Shown here: positions 13,901 to 27,042 of the stretch, in pieces | Layout: the number at the start of each line of letters is the position of its first letter | How positions within the stretch are numbered: position 1 is the first letter of the stretch | Assembly (NCBI GenBank): GCA_030704615.1 | Contig: CM060733.1 | Location: forward strand, 13,206,001-13,270,000 | Direction of reading: 5' to 3' | Length of the DNA stretch: 64,000 nt | DNA from: Takakia lepidozioides | Lineage: Eukaryota > Plantae > Bryophyta | The notes under the pieces: generated by a model | What the model saw: the letters and a program-made list of their open reading frames with translations, nothing else | What the model was told of the DNA's origin: nothing | Databases searched by the model: none | Translations under genes and position numbers: made by a program

Positions 13901-16900
13901 CGGGGAGCACAGTATGATTCGTGTATGCCACAGTGCTGCAACAGAAGAAAAATTCATGTACTCCAGATAGGTCTGATCTACAAACAAAATCACATATACT
14001 TTCTACCATAGGAGAACAGTGGACTACATTTGCTTGAGCTCAATTCAAGCAGCTCTGTGACAATACAACGATAGAGAGAGAAAGCACACAGATGCGAACC
14101 TGCCAGTGATAGCCCAGGCCTCGTCCCAGCCCAGTCCCTCTTCATCCATAAGCAAGCGCATGAGCTCAGGGATAGCAAGAGTGGGGTGGGTGTCATTCAT
14201 TTGCACTGCCACTTTGGTGGGGAAGTTCCTCCACTCAATAGCATCCTTAGGGCGCCTTTCTTTGAACCTTGCTATAATATCCTGCAATTCAAACCTCAAA
14301 CTTAGGGTCAAGGACATCTGCAGAGAACTATCGTTAGGTTCCACACATGTACCTCCTTTCACTGTTTCCCCATTGAAGAGTATGATATACATACAATTTT
14401 TGTAGCATGAATGCACAAGAAGCTAGAACCACAGAGCCTGCTGTTTGGTATGCCAACAATGTTTAGATACTGCATTTGTAGACTCAAGCTGGAGTAGTAA
14501 CAGATGCATTTGGAATTCAACTAGAAATGGAACACCGACAGGGCCAATGCTTGTGAGAGCTTCATTTTGGTCTGCAGACATCCTGAGTCACTTCTTCCAA
14601 TGGTCTTCCTAATCAGCTGGAAACTAACCACTTGATGTCCAAGAGCAAGGATGTATTTCATTGAAGTGGAATTTACGAAGCGAGAATTATGACAATCTAA
14701 TGGAATCATCAAACCTGCAAGGAGGCACTGCAGAGAAGATACTGCTGCTTGAGACGTAAAAGCTTTCCATCCTCAGTGGCATCACCCGGATATAGCACCG
14801 CACAGATCTGTCCTCCAATACACACAAAATCTATCAACACCACGTAATGCTTTGTAAACAATAAGGTTGTCTTTAGAGGAAGTCTTGACCACAAAACCCT
14901 TGCCTCCAAGGAACTCAAATGCTTACTGAGAAAAGTAACTTCTCTCTGTTTAGGATTTTATAGCTGGTGGTCCTACTCGACCAAGTGCAGAAAAAACATA
15001 TCTAACATCACCACCCCTCTCCATCCTCCACAACTATGGCACACATGATATTCCCAATCGACAATGCACATATTCACTGACAAAATATCACCATACTTCA
15101 AATTTCACAAATGCAGGCTGAAACAAGCAGCACACAGCAATGTTTGAACTTCACATCAAGGGGTTCAAATTTCTCCAAAACAAAGCTTAGCACTGGATTA
15201 TCAATCAGAACAATTCTAAGGTTCAAGACGAACCTGATCAGCCTTGGACTGCAAGATGGCTGCCTTCTCAAGCTCCCCAGCATTGAAGGAGTAAAGGTCA
15301 AAGTCCTTTGGTGGGGCCTTTGCTTCCCAGATGCGGAGGCTGATAGTGTTCTTTGTCTTGTAGCCTGGAATTGGCACATCATATGCCAATGCCTGCATAA
15401 GTTCTCCTCCCACCCATTTACGCCTGCCAGTCATCACAGTTAGGAAAAGTTAGCACAGCTTTCAGGGTTGGAGAGGGAAGTACTAAATAAAATTTCAATT
15501 GCCCTATCCTGGTGACCACGTACCATGCATCTTGCTCTGGATGGAGCAGAAAGATGGTAAAAAATGGGAGGAGGGTAGAATGGGGGCCACTACAATTTTA
15601 TAAGGCCGCTCCAGTAATGGGTATTATTGGACTACATGAAAATGCCAGGTTCTAACTCCTACTGCAACTTCTCAATATATATCAGGAATTCTGAATTTTA
15701 TAACTCTGACTAGCGATGATTTGGCCTGTTTCAAACAGTGGGTCTTGCTTTCAATGAAGTAACCAACCTTCAGATACTTGACTTGTCCATGCAAGCCAAC
15801 CAGCGATCTTACATCACATTGAACCCGTTTGTTCTTTAAGGCAAAGTGGGGAGTTCGTGTAATTTGGAGGTTCATGAAGCAACTGCCAGATTACAAGGGC
15901 ACTGAGCAGTCTAGCTTTGAGACTATCCCTACGCTTAGCATATTTCTCCCACCCAGTAGACGCATACTCAAAAGGCTGGTCTATGGACCTGGGGAAACAT
16001 ATATCTATCATAATCAAGTCCATCCCTCTGCAATGGCAAAGTTTACAGTGTGCCAGCAAACTCCAAGCAGGTGTGGAGAGGACAACAAGCATCACTCTCC
16101 CTCACCACATAAACACTGCCGATCACTGTCAACTTGCAGACCCCAACACACAGATGGAAGACATGACAAAGAGAGTGTGCAAGGAACAGAATACATACTG
16201 GCCGTTAGGTCCGGCTTGAACCTCACCAAAGAAGCGAATTGGATATGAAATGTCATAACGAACAATCTCCCAAGGGCTAAATTTCTGCAAATCCTCAGGT
16301 CACATGCTCATATGTTGAGAGATGTACCCATTCAAGAGTGAGGTGAGAAGAACGCTCACACACTCCTTCAATCAACCATCTACCAACTGAGGTCTCAGAA
16401 CCAAACCAAATAATTTCTAAGAACATCTGCCTTCCAGAAAAATTGAAAGAGATTCACATTGAAATGGTAAATTGTGAGACAGATGGACTGAGGTGTCCCT
16501 TTAACCTTTCCAAGTTTTGAAAGCACGGAGACGAAAATTCCAAACATTAAAAAAGGAGAGGTTGCTCAGGACAGATAAGTTCAATTCAATTTCTTCATTC
16601 AATGCACTACAAACATCTGGATAGAACACACATGTTGAGTGATGGGCTTTTCTGTCAAATGGAAAAAGAAATTATTCATAGAAAAAACAAGATGCCTCCA
16701 GATTGACAATAACCACTAGGTATCAACAGGACGCTATTAGACATGAATGGTACTGATCAGTTCACTAGTTGACTAATTAGGAGGTGATCAACAGTAGTCC
16801 CGAATAATGATGCTCAGCAAATCACTGTCAATAACTAGGAGGTGATGAATACAGTATGGTGTAGGCAAACAAGCACCAACCTCAAGCCAATCTTCGGCAG

Positions 16901-19089
16901 ATTCCTCCTGCCCATTTGCTGTGATACGCTGAGCAAAGAGACCATACTTGTAGCGCAAGCCATAGCCCCATGCAGGTAGGTTGAGTGTTGCCATGGAGTC
17001 TAGAAAGCATGAAGCCAGCCGGCCCAGCCCTCCATTTCCCAACGCTGCATCCCGCTCCTGTTACACAATCAATGCCCTTACGCAGTTGCTTCACATTGCT
17101 GGGTAAAGGGAGGCAAGAAAGTAAGAAATTTATTACATCTGCAGCAGGCCCAGAGATTGTACTCATGCCGTTCCCTGCGAACGGTGGCTTGCCATAGACT
17201 TACAGCCATTGACCCCAGAGAAAGAGAGAGAGAGAGAGAGAGAGGACAGGGAGGACGTAACACATTGTAATCACAGTAATTTTGCACCATCCTGACAGCC
17301 AGATATTCTGCAGGAGATAAAAAAAAATGCTAAAGCAATTGTCTAGATGAACAAGGGCTATAGATTCCAAGAACGGGCATTAAATAAACACTGAGCAGAT
17401 ACATTGAGAACATCTAGAACCCAAACCTGTTCCACAATGTTCTCAAGATCGTGGCCAAGCTTTGAAAGGGCGCCTGCATAGGCATCTCCCAGGTTAAGGT
17501 TACCAATGGCATTCGTAAGTGCCCGGCCCTGCAAATACTCCATGGATATGTAGTAGGTCTGCTTCGGGTCGACCTTGTGAAAGTGAGCATATGTCTCATT
17601 CCATCTCTGCCATTTCAAAGAAGTTTTGTTGTCAGTAATTCAAATCCATGCGGTTGTGTAGCCTTCAAATCACAAGTCAAATTGCCTGGGGGAGTGTGGC
17701 TGTCAGCTTGAAAGAGCACAATCAAAACCTCTTCTCCTTGCTTTTATTTGATGGGACACATTTGAAGACAACCGCTGATTTACCATTGTCAGTAATTATC
17801 GATAACTGCCACTCATCAGGCACTGCGTGAAGACCATCAAAGCCTAACACATATTCACCAGCTCATGGTGCTCTATAGGCTTCCTAGCTTAGTACTTGGA
17901 CGACAGACACGTTTTCCTAAGTGATTCCAAACAATTGCGTCTAACACTGTGAAATTTGTTTCAAGTAGCGAGACATTCTACGAGGTCTTACAAAGACGTC
18001 GTGAGCTGCAGTCCAACTACCAGCATTCAAATCAAGCGCGCCCAAACAGCAGTTACACAACTACAGGTAATCTGAACACCAGATAAAGTCTACAACTCCA
18101 CTCTGATGTTCATTTGCGCACACGCACGGATTTTGAGCCTCTGAAAGACCTTGAAAGGCCTACGAGTCGGATGCCAATCCAGTCTATCTCTAGAAAAATC
18201 CACAGGCCATTAGATTACAGCAATGAGATTGCCATGATTATGTACAACCTTCCAGCATGTGACAATTCAGATTGTCAAGTCCGCATGACTGGGCACCGAG
18301 CTCTCTTCGTGTCAGATGCTCCGACTGCTTAAATGGAACAGTTCGAGTCCTTTTCGTCGAGTATCAATCTCACTCGTGTCAGGACATTACAACTATTACT
18401 AAGTACGTTCTTAAAATGTCCGTGGGCTTGCTCGTAGGAATTCTGTAAACTTTCTGAAGCCATTCCTGGTCGCTGTTACACCAACGCCTGATCACAAGCC
18501 ACTCTGCTAACATAACGGTCTTCCTGAGAGGAAATTCTTCTCCAATCGGCGAAATTCTGACACCGAAGGCTTAGAATGGTTCTCCAGGTGAAGACAAAGA
18601 AGTGGATGATAGACGGCCAGACTTCAAAGGACTGCACAACTGTGGTCGGAGGCCACCTTATTCTCATTCTCATTCACTTTACAGACGGCGGCATTCCAAA
18701 CTTCATACTTACATTTCAGGAAGAGATCACATGTACAAGCAGACCGAGTCTAACACTTTCCAACCAAATGAGGCAAAATCAAAACGTTGTGAAAACACCA
18801 CATTTTCATCACAGGAGAGTTCAAAGCAGCGCACATGGATGAGAGTGTCCCGAACACTTTCAGCGGTGGAATTGAAGGCCTGCTCAGGCTCGAACTTGAA
18901 AGGCGAGAAATGAGGAGAGTACTGTGCGTGGTACTTAATATTCGCAGCCACACCAAAGGCATCTTCAGGGGTAGGGTGAGCGATGGCAGGCACAGATCGC
19001 AGAGGAATAGCATTGGGAGCCCGCTGCTCCTTTTGCAATTCTACCTCCGTGGCAACACCATTGTCCTTCGACACTACGGTGGGAGCCAT
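7844..19089 (-). CDS. PHS2: Alpha-1,4-glucan phosphorylase, cytosolic (H) isozyme; 15 exons, 857 aa
   Basis: GT-AG exons in consistent phase: 18835-19089, 17427-17606, 16881-17057, 16199-16284, 15234-15423, 14715-14807, 14100-14281, 13818-13935, 13461-13589, 12806-13024, 10891-11094, 10256-10414, 9606-9869, 9204-9394, 7844-7970 (2574 nt). Motifs: [63 protein letters not shown] (PLP lysine), GKFSSDRTI. No L78 insertion and no transit peptide, so cytosolic type. Confidence 0.96.
8155..8572 (-). mobile_element. Two stacked 3'-end fragments of LINE family A in the last PHS2 intron
   Basis: Each ends in a GGCCACAAGGCTAC...GAGTACA(A/T)TCT tail. Both match the 3' end of the LINE at 43541-46277. TCTATCCTCTCTTCTAGA flanks the younger copy on both sides. 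Confidence 0.9.
8883..9200. repeat. 158-bp direct tandem duplication containing the 3' end of LINE family B
   Basis: The unit starting CTGAATATAGAGATCG occurs at 8883 and 9041. The paralogous intron at 43086-43250 has one unit. Confidence 0.95.
11133..11615 (-). mobile_element. Two stacked 5'-truncated LINE family A insertions in PHS2 intron 10
   Basis: A tail fragment at ~11147-11190 and a ~400-bp fragment at 11208-11601 ([15 protein letters not shown]...[17 protein letters not shown]). Three copies of a CCA(G/C)AGGGAGAGA TSD at ~11134, ~11195 and ~11602. Confidence 0.9.
12101..12198 (-). mobile_element. 68-bp LINE family A 3'-end micro-insertion with 15-bp TSD
   Basis: AGACAGTTAGAGAGA at 12101-12115 and 12184-12198 flanks a near-perfect LINE tail. 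Confidence 0.92.
12235..12765 (-). mobile_element. Degenerate fragments of LINE family B
   Basis: Reverse-complement matches to 59280-59470 (TATGAGGATCAGAAATGC = YEDQKC; TTGTCCCATAAGCTCT). Confidence 0.6.
17150..17245 (-). mobile_element. Degenerate LINE family A tail plus (CT)n in PHS2 intron 2
   Basis: GAGATTGTACTCAT...GCCATTGACCCC followed by (GA)n. Confidence 0.75.
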
Positions 19090-21872
19090 CCCCACCCCCC
19101 CTACACACACTCACTCACTCCCTCCCTCACAAAACTCTACAGATGCTCAGTCCCCAATCGCTTTTACAACAATGAAGAACAGATTGCCTGCGGTCGTCTT
19201 GTAAGACACAAATACAACACTTTTTTGTCTTCTGCCAAAATTCCGGTGGCGCTCCCGGCTCTGCACGATATTCAACGCTGACAGGCCGTCCCTCCCTCCC
19301 CTTCTTTGAAGACTATCTGAAAAAGCACAGCTGGGCCCGTACACACAATGCCTAGCTCAGAACTACAGCGGAAGCAGCGCCGTGATCGTCCCGGCCTCTC
19401 CAATCTCTGCAAAGCGCTTCACCTTTCTAGAAATTGTTGTAAACGCCCTGCACCATCCGCAACGCCTTCACTATCTCTTTGTAAACACACACTCTGCGGA
19501 GTAGTGGGCCCCTCTGCGGAGATATGCGAGAAGAGCGTGGTCCTCCGCCACCGGCTGATCCCGTCTCCGACCGGCCCCGCAAGTCACTCACAACAACAAC
19601 AAAAAACAAAGATAGGTAACCGCGGGCAATGACAAAACTTTCCAGCTCAGCCCGCATATGCTAACGAGTATTCGTGTCACACGGAGTGCGAATCTGAGGG
19701 AATAAAGCCAAAAAGCAGAGTCTAGGGCCAATCGCCTGCCACACGTCGTTCTTGGAGCATCCGCAGCGATGAGCGGCCTCAAAGTCTCAGTGTACGTGCC
19801 AGCCACCAGCTGCCCTATGGCCTGCACTGTGCCCGCCCTGCCCGACAAATCTTGTCGTGCATGCTCTGAAAAATATATCTTGTATACGTAAAGAGGAGCC
19901 ACGAAATGTTATCCAGACGTTTTGTGGGTTTGGGAATGTGGAAGGGACTGCAGCGTCTTTTTTATTGGCGAATTTTCCACCTAAAAAAATAAAACAGAAT
20001 ATTCTGTCAAAAATTCCCTGTTTTTTCATGGATGAAATCACCAAATTTCTTCAAATAAAAAATAAATTATCGATGATATAAATGGATATAATTTACATAA
20101 AATGGATGAAATTGAGTGGATGAACAGAATATACCGTTATTTTTTGCAAAACTCTGTTGCCACTCGTGCTGTTTTCCAAATTTCTTAAGAAAAACGCCTG
20201 GAACCTGTCCCGGTACCCAGTACTTAGCAACACCGCCTCCGATATGGGCGTGGGCACCCTGGGGTCCTCCCGTTTCACGTCGAAGATGTGACGGAGCCGT
20301 GTGCCTATTTTCGATTGGCCGCATGTGAGAATCCAAGTTGGGCGATGTGTGACCGTACTGTTAAAACTTGTTGGGATAATCAACAAGTTTGCAGGGAATT
20401 GCACATCCCCACAATTCGGTCGTCTGTCCTCTCAGTCAAATTGCCAATCCTTCAACAAAAATTAAAGAGCTTATAAATCTCTGGCCCTTCCATCGGCCTT
20501 TCTCAAAAAAGAAAGAAAAAGAGCGGTACTCGTTGGAGCATACTTTGAGAAATGCATGTGCCTGCTTCTAACTGGGTGCATGGCACTCCTTATCGAAAAC
20601 TAATTGATCTTAAAGCGGCAGCCGAATTTTAACTTTGGAAATTTTTCGTAAGAAGTTGGTCGAGGTAATACCCGACAGCGTATCAGTCGTGACTCGTGAT
20701 ACCGCCTCCAGCACGTGCGGCAGCACGCAAACCATGCGGCGGGCCGTTGCGTCATTGGCCGATGCCGTCACCCGTGGGTCCACCGGTTCAACCGGTCAGG
20801 CAAGCCTCCGGCCCTTCTTGAAAAGAGGATGACGCCTGCTTGTATAAATATATAACTTATACATAGGTGGGAAGGCTAAAAACAGGTTTTGGATGCCTGC
20901 GGTCACCCTACAAAATACAAGTTTATCAACAAAGCGTACGTACAAGTGGACCTTGCCATTATTTTAGTAATTTAATATTCACGAAAAACTTTCCTAATAA
21001 TAATAACACTGAACTGCCGGGCCCCCTCAGTCCTCGCCCTGTCAGTGTTTTCTTTTTACTTTTCCGAAGGGGCCACATGTACATTCTTCCCAGTGCCCAT
21101 GTGGCGAGAATAACGAGGTGACCGGGTTAAAATGTCGATATAACAGGTGGCACTTTTTAAACAAGCGCAGAGGCAAAATCAGGCCCCTCATATCCAGGAC
21201 TACTACCGGTGCTTTCTGGCGAATTTTTCGGTTTTTACCCCCCATAATTCGGTTGTCCAAGTAGCTGACCCATTTTCCAGGTCGTAATCTGGAGATTTTT
21301 TGCCAGAAAAAAAACATTGCTCGAGGATATTAGAGGATATATCCTCATTTTAATTTGATTAAATGGGCACCGTTCTCTTTTTTAAGAAGTAATAACTTAA
21401 ACTAGATAATAATAATAATTATATATATATATATATATAGTGTTGGATGCACTTTTTTGTTTTACTTTCTCAGGGGGTTATCCACTGGCCCCGGGTAACA
21501 CGGCAGTGCCCCGGTTTCACCGTTACAGACCCAAAACTGAAACCAAACTAGACCGAGGACTTTGAAACAAGGTAAGAAGTAACCTGACCTGGCGTTTCCT
21601 GCAAAGAACTGGATTAAATGGTTTCCAGATTAAATGGTTTCCAGTTTCCAGTTGCGTACTCTTTGTAAACGACTGATGGACCATTGGGATAACCTCACAT
21701 ATATGAGCTACATACGGCTTCCCTTGGCAAAACTTGACATATGACCTATAGCCTGCTGCTCATGTTACAAGTTACATGCTCTTGCAAGTTACATAGTTCT
21801 TTTTAGTTTTTTTTACAAATTTAGAATTTACTTTTGAGTATTTTTTGTAATGAAAACCTGCAATCCTCATAT

Positions 21873-21955
21873 GTTTTTTTTTTTTAAAAGGAAACCTGGG
21901 AGTGACTGCTCACAATTTAGGCCCTTGAGGAGGGGGAAAAATTAACCCCCTTTCA
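21873..21955 (-). mobile_element. 3' fragment of the tRNA-derived SINE
   Basis: Reverse complement GAAAGGGGGTTAATTTTTCCCCCTCCTCAAGGGCCTAAATTGTGAGCAGTCACTCCC plus an A tail matches 27168-27235. Confidence 0.85.
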
Positions 21956-22964
21956 GATAAGCCATTAGGCACACAGGAGGGAAACAAAAGGATACAGGAA
22001 GCCTGTTCTGTAGTCAATAAATAAGAGTGCAGCTGAAGTCACGGCAATTTAGTTCTCTAATCGCGTCCAGTGACCTTAGATGACTCTGCCCATGTTTTCT
22101 GGTCTACTTCCCGGCCATCTCTTTTCTCTTTCTTTTCTTTCTCATAAAGGACCATTTCATTTCATTTCATTTCTCCTTGAGTGTTGTTACCACCATGCTT
22201 GGAAAGCTTCAGTGTTGCAAGATAATTGTGTTTCCTCTGCTTTCTTCCAACGACTGTGGACACTATTAGGATTAACATTGAGGTAAGCCTTGCAGTGTGC
22301 TATTAGCATTGTATTTTGCTGTGACAAGACAAAGACACCTCCAGTTTGGATTTAGATATCAAAGCTGGGATTTTATATGTAGCCCTGCAGAAGTAATGAG
22401 CCAACCATGGCCACCCACCCTCCTTGATACCCTTGATGTGTGCCTGTTTTCATCCATCTCTTCTCTCCCAGCTCTAATCCAGCTGAAATTCATCTAATTC
22501 CTTAAATCATTAAAAAAAAAAAAACCAGAACCGGCCCCCTATTCAAAAGTTGAAACCGAAACACAGATTGAACCCTTACATGAATTATGCCACCTTCCAT
22601 GCAAGGTGAGTCTTGATGGCTGTCACAAATGCAAAATTGTCATTTTTCTTAAAGAAACTAAATGTTTCCAACAAGTTTTATGGGAACAACCCATGATATA
22701 CGGTTACCCATGTGGCCAACAAGTTGATGCTACGTAGTTCCTACAAGGCCAACAAAATTTCAGATGAGGTGATGCATGACACAAAGATCGATCAGATAAA
22801 GAAGCATCTATTGAAACTTAATGGACTAACCCGGGAATAAACATCTTGAATACCACATCCAATATATAGTACACCAATGTATACCAAACATTGCGTTGTG
22901 CACCAAAAAACAAGTTCCTCTTGACATCCATATATTTCTTAGAATGTGCTTTAGAGCATGGTCT

Positions 22965-23274
22965 TCACAAGCCACGGATTTGTGGCGTCCACGTCACATA
23001 CGGTGGAAGTGGTATGTTCTGAAGTGGTTAGTTTACCACTGTGACACGTCAGACGTGACTTGGCTGACCACTGTGACACGTAAGCGAACAGCTGGACTTG
23101 GAGGCAAGTGATCGTAACCACTATCTTTAACCACTACGGACACGTCATGTCTTTAACCACTGCTGAGTCAAGATCCACTGGGTCTAGACCATTCTGGGCC
23201 AGAGTGGTTGGGTGTCTTTTCCCACTCAAAATGAGTGGTTACCAGAGTGGTTATTCCGCGTTTTTCTTCTAGTG
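22965..23274. mobile_element. CACTA (En/Spm) transposon right end with subterminal repeats
   Basis: Ends in ...GTTTTTCTTCTAGTG (reverse complement CACTAGAAGAAAAAC). Many (A)ACCACT/AGTGGT(T) subterminal repeats in both orientations. Confidence 0.7.
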
Positions 23275-24955
23275 GCATGTCTATCAAATGCGAGCGAGGG
23301 GGTTGCGTCCCCTAACCCATTTGGAGTTTTCGCTGGCCTTAGCACACGCCCTTACAGCTCCTACCAGGCTGCCTGTGCGTCTGATTCATGTGCCTGTGTT
23401 GGCGACAAACCCTTCCCGCTGGCATTCCTCTTTACACAGCCCGCTTCGTCGTGTGTGCATCCACTGTGGGGCACTGCATACCCACTACCTCTGTCCCCAA
23501 TACGAGGATGCATTCTTGTGTCTTGGCAATTGTTGGCGTGAGGCACATCAACTCTGGGGTCGATGAACATGTGTCTATGTCTGTGTGTGTGCACTACAAG
23601 GAATCGTCAATTTAATGACTGGCGAAACGACTGCAAAGTGAGTCGTTGCATACAAAAAATGATTGGGTAACTCGGAGTGCCAACAGACTAGTATCTTCGG
23701 ACAGCCCAATCGTTGCAGTCATGACGTGGTTGGAGTGGTTTCGGTCAGTCGTTCCGCCAACTGCGGCTCTATTTTATTTTATTTTTTTGGGGGGGCCCAT
23801 GCGGCAGCACAGTGCGCGGCGTTGACTGAATCCTAGACCTTGACCAAGTGGACTTTTGACCGGGGGGTGCAACTTCCCCACGGCGACGACGTTGGAAATA
23901 CAGCCGCGTGGCTATGCGGCGAAACGCCACGTGTTCTCTATCGTGGATTTGGCCACGTGCAGGCCTGAGGCCACACCGCGTGCCGCAATAAGTTGTCTGC
24001 TGGTTGTCTTTACGACTTGCAAGTGGAATCAACAACTAGAGTATTGAAGTGGTTTTGGCCACTTCTGATCCTCATCCGCCATGCCACCATGGCCCCAATT
24101 TGCGACGACTGGCATGTCGTCATTCAGAACCTGGAGTCCGAGGCGCAGTTGTTTCGGACAGAATCGCAACCGCGAGTCGGGTGCGAAAAACACCTATTCC
24201 TTGTAATGGTGTGTAGGTGGGAACCGCATCAGCAGGTGTTTGATGCTGCTACGCTGGCCTCACGACATGGCGGATAGAGTGGGTGGGTGTGTGTGTTTGT
24301 GTTTGGGGGGAGGGGGGGGGGACTGTTTGCATTCAGGCGAAATTCCGGCCAGCGATTACCTAACCTGGAGGAGGCTGGAAATTTCACAAAATCCCACATC
24401 CCAAATGGAATTTTGGGAATTTTGGGGAAATTCTTGGGCAGGCTCGTGTAGTTCTTGGCTTATGAGGGACTGACCGTTGGAATTCCCAATTCAAGAAAAA
24501 TTTGGGGTCCCAATGGGGCCTCTACCATTTCCTTTGCAATTTTTCTTTTTGGACCCCCATTCCAGTCACATACAAAGCCCCCCCCCCCCCCCTCATTTTG
24601 GCAGATTGGGGTGAAATTTGGTGTGAGGGTTTGGGATTGTGCACTTCACTAGAATATAGAACTTTTTCTCCCAGGAAAATTTGGGATCACGGTTTTTTTG
24701 CTTGGTCAAACATGCACTTTTGCTTTGTTTTTTCCATTTTCCAAAAAATGCAACATCTTCAAATGCTATAATCTCCCAAACTGCACGGTGGAATGTCCCC
24801 AAATTTGGAGGGCTTGTGCATCTGGTAGGTAGAAATAAGTTTATATGGTTCATCCACGTGGATGTACGTTGGTAGGCAGGTAGTCGCTGACGTGTGAGGG
24901 TGGGTCCCGGAATTGTCCAAAAACCCAAAAATTGCTCTCGTCGTTTAGGGGTTAA
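23273..24955 (+). mobile_element. piggyBac-like element remnant: transposase C-terminus and probable right end
   Basis: 23273-23566 reads WHVYQ...LTHLEFSLALAHAL...HSSLHSPLRRVCIHCGALHTHYLCPQYEDAFLCLGNCWREAH, resembling the piggyBac Cys-rich C-terminal domain. The element ends ...CGTTTAGGGG followed by TTAA at 24952-24955. Confidence 0.65.
23592..24010. mobile_element. CACTA transposon left end nested in the piggyBac remnant
   Basis: CACTACAAGGAATCG at 23592, followed by repeated (A)CGACT/AGTCGT subterminal motifs. No matching right end was seen. Confidence 0.55.
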
Positions 24956-27042
24956 GTTGCAGTGCATAGCCTCTCAACCAAGTAAATGCCAAGAGACCTG
25001 GAAAGAAGGTTGGTGGGGAACTTCATGCGACTTAGAACTCTCCATAATTTAGTTTTTTGGTGAAAAGAAAAACCTTGGAATCGCTTCAAAATTTGCTATC
25101 TAAAGCTACATTTTCTTGTCTTGAAATTTGTTTATTTAGGCTTATGCTTAGATGTCGGCAACGGTGGATTAATCGATAATTTAGTAGATGAAAGACGCAG
25201 TCATGTGTCTCAGTCTATGTGGAATAGTAATATTATATCTATATGTGGCTTTTTTTTTTTTGACATTTTGAAGTTGAATGTTCGTAATTTTGTTTATGTT
25301 TAATTAGGTATTTTTGTCATAGGGAGTTCACCAATTAGTAATGTATCAGCCACATGCATGCACAAAAAGGACTTTTTAAAGACACATATATACATTATTT
25401 ACATACATGAAGGAGTTTTTAAACGAACGAGAGACATACACATTTTACAAGGATCATCACAAGTAAGCTAGTAGCATAGCCATTACATTTGTGAGTCCTT
25501 GGGCTGCGATTTTATCATTTTATTACTGTTATTATTATATTTTCACTTAATTTTAAGAAAGGGAGCGAAGCTCGGTTAAGTGGTTTCTCACAATAGATGC
25601 CATGAAGTTTTTCCATTTGTTTTTTCCTTTCTCTCTAAATGATGATAAATTTGGGAAACCGTGACCTAGATTTGACATGCATATGCAAAGTGGTTAGGCA
25701 ATGTGCCTAAGAATTTGAGAGTAGTATTTACTAATTAGTGTAATTTGTCAATAGTACACAATGGTGACTTTTATCTTCAATTTCTCATATCTTGAATCTA
25801 TTGTCCTTCAATAGCCCTTCTGTAAGTAGTTTATAGTGACCGTACCTTTTCGTTCCTTGAAATCCTTCTATCCCAAGCCCAAACATTGAAACCCTTGTAG
25901 CTGAAGCCAAGAGGAAAATACAATCATGTGGTTGCAACTTGTTGTCCCATAAAAACAAGATAAGATTAGACAATTAGACAATTAAACTGCCCAAATCTTA
26001 ATTGCGGTGTCAATGTTATGACTGAACCACTCAATGGGAGATTTCATCTGCACACATGTCAATGTCGTTGAAATTACACCATGTGTATTGAGAGCTATCT
26101 TGTAAGACATATCAGCTCTTTGAATGAAACATTTTGATAATTACCCTAACATTCTCTATTATCATATTTGTGAAACAGCTAGTAGTATTGGAAAATATTG
26201 TCCCTTCCCCAGAAACTTCGGCAAGGCTCTTTAGGCAGGGCAGTTAAATACTAGATCAACTTCGTCATGAGACTCATCTTCCATGTTTAGGCGTTACTAG
26301 GATGCTTGATCACACTTATCCTAATCCTCTCTCAAATTGTGGAAAGAAATTTTGGGGCATGTTTTAGCCAACATTCTTCCAAGGCACAATATGACTATTT
26401 TGTATACAACTTCAAATTGCTAACTATCAAAAGTTGCCCAATCCATTCAGTTCTAACTTGTAAGCTCAAGTTAGAGGAGCTCAAAAAATCTAAAATTTCC
26501 AAGGTAAAAGATGGAGGGTACATGCAAAATTTACTGTCTTTGGTGCCCAATTTGATTGGTCCATGTAGAGGCTATAAACGTGAGTGAGAAAACTATCAGA
26601 GGCAATTTTTGTGGAAAAAATTTCACACCGTGGTTTTGATTGCAGACCCGTTGCAGCCCTCCTTCTTCATTGCACCTACACCAAAGCTCTCTCTTCACTA
26701 CAATTGTCTTCACCTTCATCCTTCTAGTAGCCATCATGAAGCAATTACAACCAACAACCTCACTAGAGTCAGATCTCCCCAAAACCCCCTTCCTAATTAT
26801 TCGCAACAAGCCCCTCCCATGCATGGTTACTAGTTCATACCCTAAGGGTATGAATAGTTTTCGGGTATGGATAGTTATTTCCATTAATATATAATTTAAT
26901 GGTTTTAAAGAATATATGATGTTCTTCAATATGTACAAAATACACAATCTATGGTAAAAGAGAAAATTGATAAGATATTGCATAATATTTTGGTGTTAAT
27001 TTCCAATGCAAGATGGAGGAGGTTTGAGATTTTTTTTAAAGC

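Noticed and set aside
19100-21400. Specific PHS2 promoter elements
   Set aside because: CCAAT and ACGT-like words are present but not distinguishable from chance without TSS data.
25780-26600. Possible CACTA or L1 coding remnants
   Set aside because: Only 3-4 residue resemblances (PHDC, SYKI), too weak to call.
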